A stretch of 17,739 bases of DNA from Chthonomonadales bacterium. GTDB taxonomy: Bacteria; Armatimonadota; Chthonomonadetes; Chthonomonadales; Chthonomonadaceae. The DNA lies in NCBI GenBank assembly GCA_038217285.1, contig JBBQPO010000117.1:1-17739 (forward strand). Direction: 5' to 3'. Below the pieces are notes generated by a model that saw nothing but the letters and a program-made list of their open reading frames with translations, did not search any database and had not been told where the DNA came from. Below are positions 8,147-14,516 of the stretch, one piece after another. The translations under genes were made by a program, and so were the position numbers. Numbering within the stretch: position 1 is the first letter of the stretch; each line of letters opens with the position of its first letter.

Positions 8147-9163
8147 TCAGTCCAGTGTCCAGGCGCGCAGTCCCTCTTCCACGAAGCTGAAGCTGACGAG
8201 CTGGGCGTCCATCTTACGCAGGGCGTCCTGCACGGCGAATCGACGGAAGGGATCGCAGAAGAAGAACATAAAGCCTCCTCCGCCCGCCCCCGTGATCTTG
8301 CCCCCGAGCGCGCCGGCCTTGCGGGTCTCCTCATAGATCTCGTCGATGCGGGGGTTGCTGATGCCTTCGGCCACCTGCTGTTTGGTCAGCCAGGAGGTAT
8401 GCAGCAGCTCTCCGAACTCCCGCAGTTTGCCCATCAGGAGCGTCCGCTTCATCTCATACGCCAGCTCTTTGAGAGTGTCCAGCGCCTGCACCGCGCCGCC
8501 TTCGCCGCGTTCGTAGTTCGCCACCTGCTTTTCGATGAGGTGTGAGGAGAGGCGGGTGCCGCCCACATACGCGAAGACCAGGCTGTACTCCAGTTCGCAG
8601 ATCACGTCCGGCCGCAGACGCAGCGTGTTCACGACCGTATACTCTTTATGGAACTCCATAAAGTTGTAGCCCCCGAAGGCCGCCGTGTACTGGTCCTGTT
8701 TGCCGCCCTGGATCTTCATCTCCTCGCGCTCCAGGCGATAGGCCAGGTCCGCAATCTGATAGCTGTCGAAGGGCAAGCGCAGATATTCCGAAATCGCCCC
8801 GATCAGGGCCACGGTGATCGCGGAAGAGGAGCCCAGGCCGGAGCCAGGAGGCGCATCGTTGTGCAGATAGATCTCGAGCCCTTCCTTGATACCCAGTTTG
8901 CCGCGAAAATGGTCCAGAACGACCTTGGCGAGGTCGAGCTGACCGTCGTAAACAAACGGCTCTTCGATATTATAGACAAGGCTGGCGTCGTAATCCAGAC
9001 TATGCACGCGGAACTGATCGCCGCCGGGGATGACCGTGGCGCAGGCGTAACGGTTGATGGTCGCGTTGAGTACGATACCTCCGCGTTCGTCGCAGTAAGG
9101 TCGCACGTCGGTGCCTCCCCCGCCAAATCCTATTCGTAACGGGGCACGAGCGCGAATAACCAT
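8147..9163 (-). CDS. hddA: GHMP-family sugar kinase, HddA-like, copy B
   Basis: MVIRARAPLRIGFGGGGTD, DAPPGSGLGSSS, GGKQDQY, GGKITGAGGGGF. True start is ATG 9163 behind a strong AGGAGAGGAGG RBS; the ORF-track extension to 9421 is not credible. Confidence 0.85.
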   Translation of the reverse strand: MVIRARAPLRIGFGGGGTDVRPYCDERGGIVLNATINRYACATVIPGGDQFRVHSLDYDASLVYNIEEPFVYDGQLDLAKVVLDHFRGKLGIKEGLEIYLHNDAPPGSGLGSSSAITVALIGAISEYLRLPFDSYQIADLAYRLEREEMKIQGGKQDQYTAAFGGYNFMEFHKEYTVVNTLRLRPDVICELEYSLVFAYVGGTRLSSHLIEKQVANYERGEGGAVQALDTLKELAYEMKRTLLMGKLREFGELLHTSWLTKQQVAEGISNPRIDEIYEETRKAGALGGKITGAGGGGFMFFFCDPFRRFAVQDALRKMDAQLVSFSFVEEGLRAWTLD

Positions 9164-9232
9164 TCCGCCCCTCCTCTCCTGATCGGCGTGACACCGCCCT
9201 ATGTCGGCGGCCTTGTACCGGACGCCGCGTAT

Positions 9233-9247
9233 AGAATACCTTATTTT
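9233..9247 (-). promoter_or_regulatory. Repeated 15-bp motif AAAATAAGGTATTCT (putative extended -10 promoter element), about 70 nt upstream of kinase copy B
   Basis: Near-identical copies at 5893-5907 (-) and 17611-17625 (+), each upstream of a gene on the same strand; ends in a TATnCT -10-like hexamer. Confidence 0.55.
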
Positions 9248-9284
9248 CACATTGCTTGTACGGGAAATGGAGGCTGTCTGTGGC

Positions 9285-9312
9285 TTGAGTGGCATACAGA
9301 TGCGGGTATAAT
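9285..9312 (+). promoter_or_regulatory. Putative sigma70-type promoter for FkbM paralog 2
   Basis: TTGAGT-N16-TATAAT in the divergent intergenic region. Confidence 0.5.
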
Positions 9313-9372
9313 AGACGCTGCTTGTCCCAATGTGAGCAGGCGATCCGTCAGAGCGGAAAAATATCCTCGCCC

Positions 9373-9389
9373 CTGGCATGGAATGTGCA
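9373..9389 (+). promoter_or_regulatory. Putative sigma54 (-24/-12) promoter
   Basis: CTGGCATGGAATGTGCA: TGGCA with exact GG-N10-GC spacing, 12 nt before ATG 9402. Confidence 0.45.
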
Positions 9390-9401
9390 GAAAGAAGAGT
9401 C

Positions 9402-10208
9402 ATGATGGCCCTACTCGACAAGATAAACTACGCCGTTTCAAGGTTCAACCACTCCGCCCGGTGCAACGGGTTTGCCAATACGGTGCGAAACAAGCTGAGC
9501 GCGATCTACCACGACCGCATCCGGCGCAGGATGGGGGCGAACGTGGAGGGGACCTCCTACCGGCTCCACTCGCGCGCCAGTAAATTTCCGCTCTACTGCC
9601 GCGTAAACTCGAGCGATCCTATCGTCTTCTTTCAGGTCTTTATGATGCAGGAGTACGCGGTGCTGTCGGATCTGAAGAATGTCCGCTTGATTATAGACTG
9701 CGGCGCCAACGTCGGTTACTCGGCGGCCTACTTTCTGACCCTTTACCCTGAAGCGAAACTGATCGCTGTCGAACCCGACAGCGCCAACTTCGCCATCTTG
9801 AAAGAGAACCTGAAGCCGTATGGGGATCGGGTGCAGCTCCACATGGCCGGGATCTGGTCACATACCACGGGCCTGACCGTCTGTCGAGGCTCCTATGGCG
9901 ACGGCAGGGAGTGGGCCACCCAGGTGCGGGCGAGTCTGCCCGGAGAGACCCCCGACGTGGAGGCGATCGACATCGGCACCCTGCTGCGCGGGAGCGGGCA
10001 GGAGCAGATCGACATGCTCAAAATAGATATCGAGCGCTCGGAGATCATCGTGTTCGGCGATCACTACCAAGAGTGGCTCGGCAGGACGCGCAACATCGCC
10101 ATCGAGCTGCATGATGAGGAGTGCGAACGCGTTTTTCAGGCCGCGATTGTGGGCTATCCGTTCGCCGTCTCCCGCAACGAAAACGTCTTCGTCTGTAAAA
10201 CAGGCTAG
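9402..10208 (+). CDS. FkbM-family SAM-dependent methyltransferase (paralog 2)
   Basis: IIDCGANVGY, IAVEPD, IDMLKIDIE, IELH. Start is ATG 9402 or 9405. Confidence 0.9.
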   Translation: MMALLDKINYAVSRFNHSARCNGFANTVRNKLSAIYHDRIRRRMGANVEGTSYRLHSRASKFPLYCRVNSSDPIVFFQVFMMQEYAVLSDLKNVRLIIDCGANVGYSAAYFLTLYPEAKLIAVEPDSANFAILKENLKPYGDRVQLHMAGIWSHTTGLTVCRGSYGDGREWATQVRASLPGETPDVEAIDIGTLLRGSGQEQIDMLKIDIERSEIIVFGDHYQEWLGRTRNIAIELHDEECERVFQAAIVGYPFAVSRNENVFVCKTG

Positions 10209-10262
10209 GCATTTCGACACAGATCGCTTCAACGGGAATGAATTCGCCTGTTTACCCCGTAC

Positions 10263-10292
10263 TTGACATCGGGTCGAAATAGGTGCGACAAT
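10263..10292 (+). promoter_or_regulatory. Putative sigma70-type promoter upstream of wzc
   Basis: TTGACA-N18-GACAAT, with TG in the extended -10 position. Confidence 0.4.
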
Positions 10293-10326
10293 AGGTGAGG
10301 CAGGAATCTGCCGCACCTCTAGTTTT
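10293..10326 (+). terminator. Possible intrinsic terminator or hairpin after FkbM paralog 2
   Basis: AGGTG-A-GGCAG GAAT CTGCC-G-CACCT stem followed by CTAGTTTT. Confidence 0.35.
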
Positions 10327-10414
10327 ACCGCTTCACTCGTATGTTTGCGAGGGGAGCTCACTATGTTAGACGATATTCACACTTTCCCGAGACTGCTTGC
10401 GCCGCAGACGCTGT

Positions 10415-10431
10415 CTGGCACATTTCTTGCA
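10415..10431 (+). promoter_or_regulatory. Sigma54 (-24/-12) promoter for wzc-wza
   Basis: CTGGCACATTTCTTGCA matches the consensus TGGCAC-N5-TTGCW; about 105 nt before ATG 10538. Confidence 0.75.
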
Positions 10432-10537
10432 TGGGATCGAGGATGAAGAAGGATCCTATCGGGAACCGCGCCATGACGACCCGCCGCATTGCCCCGGCTA
10501 CGGAACCGCACCACCGGAGAGAAGGAAAATCCGCAGT

Positions 10538-12823
10538 ATGAGTTTACTGGAAGAGACAAGCCCGCAAACGACGTCCGAACTTTCATTGCGGGACTATATG
10601 GACCTGCTACGACGGCGTAAAGCCATCGTGATCCAGACGTTTATGGTCGTGTTCGTTCTGGGCGTGGCGGTCACCTTTATGGCAAAACCCGTCTATCGTA
10701 CCTCTGCCCGTATTCTGGTGGAAGGCCGCAGTTATAACGTCGCATCGTACTCTTCGGATAACCCGCTGGTAGGTCTGTTCACCCCGGATTCCGGACACGA
10801 TATCCTCACTCAGCTCGAAGTGCTGCAGGGTGACCGTGTCCTGGCCGATGCGTACAAGGATGGCGACGTGCCGCCCGGCTCCGCCCATCTCGATGTGCGG
10901 CAGGTGAACGGCACCGATGTCATCGAGCTGCTCGTGGAATCGAATACGCCGACCTATGCCGAGCGCCTCGCCAAAGCGCTGCCGAACACCTATCTCAACT
11001 ATGTCACCGGAAACCGCAAAAAAGAGGTCAACGACGCCTACAACTTCGCGTCCAACCGCCTGAAGGAAGAGAACGAGAAACTGACCCAGGCCGAGCTGGC
11101 CTACGAGCGCTTCAAAAAGAGCGCCGGTATCAGCTCGCTGGAAACCGAGCGCGACGCGCGCATTCAGGAACAGAGCGAAGCGCTGGCCAATGTCCGTGTG
11201 CTCGAAGGTCAGTACGCGAACCTCGAAGCGCTGACCAAAAAACTGGAAGAGAGTCAGAAAGGCCTCAAGCCGATTTTAGAAGCGCCCGTCGAGCGCAGCA
11301 ATGATGGGCAGCTTCTCAGTCTTCAATCCAACATAGATTCGCGGGAAGTGTCGAGGAAGTCGCTGCTCTTACTCTTTAAGCCGGAGCATCCGAAGGTGCA
11401 GGCAGTCGACCTGGAGATCGCGGAGCTGAAGCGACAACTGGCCCACACTCCTCTTATAGTCAAGAGCATGACCAGGAGCCCCAATCCTGCGGTGGAGACC
11501 TACGCCGGCCGCGTCGCAGACTCCCAGGCCCAGGCCTCAGCGCTGGAAGCGCAGTTGAAGCAGGCGCGTGACCGCTCCGACAAGGCGCAGGCCGCGCTCG
11601 GCAACTACAGCGCCCTTGAGCGGCAACAGTCTCAGCTTGTGCGTGATATGGAAATTCACCGCGGCACGGTGACCCTCCTGCTCAAGAGCGTAGAAGACCT
11701 CGGCCTGCGCCAGAAGGCCACGCACGATCCGGTCCTGGTCATCGCGCCGGCTGCGCCGGCCGTTCAGGTCGCGCCCAAGAAACTCAACAACCTGGTCTAT
11801 GCAAGTCTGGTCGGACTGATGCTCGGGCTCTGTTTTGCCCTGCTGCAAGAGTTCCTCGACGACCGCATCAACTCGCCGGAAGACGCCCGGCGCATCGTCG
11901 GAACCCCGGCCCTGGGCTATGTCCCGATGATCGAGAACGAAGAAGCCCGCCTCCTGAGCGGCTCCCGCAGCGGCGGCTCCGTTCTGGAGAGTTACCGCGT
12001 TCTGCGGTCCAACGTGCGCTTTGCCGCCGTCGATACGCCCATCCATTCGCTGCTCGTGACATCCACTGTCCCCGGCGAAGGCAAGTCCGTCACCGCCTAC
12101 AACCTGGCCGTCGCGATGGCCCTGGACGGACGCAACGTCATTCTGGTCGACACCGACCTTCGACGTCCGACCATGCATGAGAAAGCCAAAGTCTCTCAGC
12201 AGCCCGGACTGACCAACGTCCTCGTCGGACATACCTCTCTGGAAGACGCGATCAAGGAGACCAGCATTCCCGGTCTGCGCGTCCTGCCCGCCGGCCCGCT
12301 GCCGCCCAACCCAGCCGAACTACTCAACTCGCAAGCCATGAAACAGTTGCACAAAGCGCTCAAAGATCAGGCCGATATCGTCATCTTCGACAGTCCGCCC
12401 TGTCTGGCTACCGCAGATGCACAGGTCATGGCGGCGGAGACAGACGGTGTGCTCTACGTCGTACAGTTCGGCGAAGCCAAAAAATCGGCGGTCCGCCACG
12501 CGGTCGAAATGCTGCGCCAGGCCCGTACCCGCATCCTCGGCGTGGTCTTCAACAAGATCGACCTTACCGCCAAGCGCGATGCCTACTACTACGGCTACTA
12601 CGGCTACTACGGCTACTACCAGACAACCCAGCTTGAAGACGGACGCCCGCGGCGTCGCCGGTCCACCGCCGAGTTCGAGGCGCTTCTGCCCCGCAACTCC
12701 GCGACCGCCCGGGAGCAGTCCGCTACGAATCGGGCCGCCCAGGATGCAGAAGGCCCCCGCAATCCCATCGGTCCTGCGCCGAGCCACGATGCGAACGATG
12801 ACGATATGGACGAAGAGGCTTGA
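10538..12823 (+). CDS. wzc: Polysaccharide co-polymerase / BY tyrosine autokinase (Wzc/GumC family)
   Basis: N-terminal LRDY..LLRRRK plus TM, PVYR, periplasmic coiled coil, second TM, Walker A STVPGEGKS, A' LVDTDLRRP, B IFDSPP, Tyr cluster YYYGYYGYYGYY. Start ATG 10538 after GAAGGA. Confidence 0.93.
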   Translation: MSLLEETSPQTTSELSLRDYMDLLRRRKAIVIQTFMVVFVLGVAVTFMAKPVYRTSARILVEGRSYNVASYSSDNPLVGLFTPDSGHDILTQLEVLQGDRVLADAYKDGDVPPGSAHLDVRQVNGTDVIELLVESNTPTYAERLAKALPNTYLNYVTGNRKKEVNDAYNFASNRLKEENEKLTQAELAYERFKKSAGISSLETERDARIQEQSEALANVRVLEGQYANLEALTKKLEESQKGLKPILEAPVERSNDGQLLSLQSNIDSREVSRKSLLLLFKPEHPKVQAVDLEIAELKRQLAHTPLIVKSMTRSPNPAVETYAGRVADSQAQASALEAQLKQARDRSDKAQAALGNYSALERQQSQLVRDMEIHRGTVTLLLKSVEDLGLRQKATHDPVLVIAPAAPAVQVAPKKLNNLVYASLVGLMLGLCFALLQEFLDDRINSPEDARRIVGTPALGYVPMIENEEARLLSGSRSGGSVLESYRVLRSNVRFAAVDTPIHSLLVTSTVPGEGKSVTAYNLAVAMALDGRNVILVDTDLRRPTMHEKAKVSQQPGLTNVLVGHTSLEDAIKETSIPGLRVLPAGPLPPNPAELLNSQAMKQLHKALKDQADIVIFDSPPCLATADAQVMAAETDGVLYVVQFGEAKKSAVRHAVEMLRQARTRILGVVFNKIDLTAKRDAYYYGYYGYYGYYQTTQLEDGRPRRRRSTAEFEALLPRNSATAREQSATNRAAQDAEGPRNPIGPAPSHDANDDDMDEEA
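12584..12619 (+). repeat. In-frame tandem repeat TAC(TACTACGGC)3TACTAC encoding the Wzc tyrosine cluster
   Basis: Direct reading: tac tactacggc tactacggc tactacggc tactac. Confidence 0.85.
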
Positions 12824-12825
12824 TC

Positions 12826-14025
12826 ATGAAATATTCCACTCGCGGCTTCACTGTCGCCGTACTGCTGCTCCTGCCGACGACCCTACTCGCGCAGGCCAAA
12901 CAGACGCCATTGGCTCCCGTTCTGCCGGTCGCCTTCAGCGAAAACGATACTCTTGTGGCGGACGATGTCATCGAAATTCAGGTCGGGAACCACGCCGACC
13001 TGGACCAGACGGTCGTTGTCGGACAGGATGGCAAAATCACCCTGCGCGAACTGGGACAGTTCGTTGCCGCTGGCAAGACTCGGGCCAGCCTGCGCGCGGA
13101 AATCCAGGTAACGGCGGACAAAACCCTCAACAACGCGCCGGTTTTCGTGACTCTAAAACAGCACCGCCTGCCGTTCATTACCGTCGATGGTCCCGTCGCC
13201 GCGCCCGGCCCCTACACGCTTGTGCCAGGCATGAAGGTGCTCGACGCGATCTCCGCCGCACGTGGCCTGCCCTTCAGACCCAATCGCTACACGCTCAAGC
13301 TGATCCGCAACGACAAGAGCCAGTCGTTGGATCTAACCAAGATATATGCCTACCCCGAAAGCGATGTCAATATGACGTTGCTGCCCAACGACAAACTGGT
13401 CTTCAACGAGATCGATCTCGTGCGGCGCAAGGTGACCGTCCTGGGGCAGGTCGGCAGACCCTCGACCTACGAGACCGACAACGAGACGACGGTGCTGACA
13501 CTGATCGGGCAGGCCGGCGGCATCTCCCAATCGGCCGCCCTTACGAGGGTCTTCGTACAGCGTGGCTCTACCGTCATTCCGCTCGATCTGCGCCCCGTGC
13601 TCATCGAAGGTAAAGTGGACGACGCTATTCTGAACTTCCGATTCGTGGACGGGGATGTCCTCTCCGTACCCGGCGTGGATACCAAATATCAGGTACTGGG
13701 CCAGGTCGGCCGCCCCGCGACCTATTTCCTGCCGGAAAAGTCCACCATCACGGTGCTGGACGCGCTCAATAACGCCGGGGGACCGCTGCCCAAAGCCAAC
13801 CTCAAAAAAGCCGTGATCCACCGTACGGTAAACGGCAAGACGACGGATATCAAAGTCGATTTCGAGTCAATTCAGAAGAAGGGGTTGTCTTCGGCCAATA
13901 TACTCATGAAGCCGGACGACACGCTGATCATTCCTCAGCGCGGCAAACCCGGAATAACACTCAGCGACGTTTTCGCGCCGATCGGCCTGCTGAACCTTCT
14001 GGGCTTCCGCGTCCTCGGAAGATAG
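12826..14025 (+). CDS. wza: Polysaccharide export protein (OPX/Wza family: Poly_export plus three SLBB domains)
   Basis: Signal peptide ending LLAQA; DDVIEIQV...V..DGKITL..LG...AAGKT Poly_export motif; three repeats of V.G.V..P..Y.....T/KVL..I..AGG; amphipathic C-terminal helix. Starts 2 nt after the wzc stop. Confidence 0.88.
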   Translation: MKYSTRGFTVAVLLLLPTTLLAQAKQTPLAPVLPVAFSENDTLVADDVIEIQVGNHADLDQTVVVGQDGKITLRELGQFVAAGKTRASLRAEIQVTADKTLNNAPVFVTLKQHRLPFITVDGPVAAPGPYTLVPGMKVLDAISAARGLPFRPNRYTLKLIRNDKSQSLDLTKIYAYPESDVNMTLLPNDKLVFNEIDLVRRKVTVLGQVGRPSTYETDNETTVLTLIGQAGGISQSAALTRVFVQRGSTVIPLDLRPVLIEGKVDDAILNFRFVDGDVLSVPGVDTKYQVLGQVGRPATYFLPEKSTITVLDALNNAGGPLPKANLKKAVIHRTVNGKTTDIKVDFESIQKKGLSSANILMKPDDTLIIPQRGKPGITLSDVFAPIGLLNLLGFRVLGR

Positions 14026-14050
14026 CCGTCGGCACTCGGAATCCTGTGTT

Positions 14051-14089
14051 GCAACGGGGCGGAGACATCCGATGTCTCCGCCCCGTTGC
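14051..14089. terminator. Perfect 19-bp-arm inverted repeat after wza (terminator-like or mRNA-stabilising hairpin)
   Basis: GCAACGGGGCGGAGACATC-C-GATGTCTCCGCCCCGTTGC; no strong U-tract. Confidence 0.65.
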
Positions 14090-14287
14090 GCCTTCTCACC
14101 CTGCAAGCGCCGGGAACTCCCGGCGACCGAACGCGTAAGAGAGTTCGGTCACCGGAGCAGCAAAGCCCTTTGAAAACGCTCTCTGTCTTCTCCAGAGAAC
14201 GCTTTTTCGGCCTGTTAGCCGACCAGGGTGGGATTAAAACAGGCTCTGGGACCCGAAAAACAGCCCATCTCGCGCATTTTTGAAGGA

Positions 14288-14304
14288 TTGGCACGTTTTG
14301 TGCA
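14288..14304 (+). promoter_or_regulatory. Sigma54 (-24/-12) promoter for the O-antigen ligase-family gene
   Basis: TTGGCACGTTTTGTGCA: TGGCACG with GG-N10-GC spacing; about 210 nt before ATG 14517. Confidence 0.7.
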
Positions 14305-14516
14305 ATAATGAGGATTGTCTGCTGTATCCGCTGGCGCTATCGGGTGCCAGAGGCTGCGGGCAGAGCTCCGTATACCTCGATAGATCCCTGCCCGTCCCGA
14401 CGAAATGTGTAAGGCAGCGTCGATCCACGATCAGGGAGAGTTTCCGTAGCGCACGATCCGGACGGATGTGGAAGTCACCCCCGGTATGAAGGCGCGACAG
14501 AGAAAGGAATCGTTCA

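Noticed and set aside
1635..8336. Long plus-strand ORFs (1635-2537, 3427-4443, 5123-5848, 5950-7086, 7047-8336)
   Set aside because: Antisense shadows of well-supported genes, expected in high-GC DNA; no recognisable motifs.
9164..9421. 86-aa N-terminal extension of kinase B in the ORF track
   Set aside because: Family homology starts at MVIRARAP with a strong RBS; the extension crosses the divergent promoter region and overlaps fkbM-2.
10397..10537. N-terminal extension of Wzc from a TTG start
   Set aside because: It overlaps the sigma54 promoter; ATG 10538 has an RBS and gives the typical Wzc N-terminus.
13935..14489. Short ORFs in the wza-ligase intergenic region
   Set aside because: No RBS or coding-like composition; they overlap the palindromes and the sigma54 promoter.
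14026..14516. CRISPR array, tRNA or IS end in the hairpin-rich spacer
   Set aside because: No regularly spaced direct repeats, no cloverleaf or T-loop motif, no transposase or target-site duplication.
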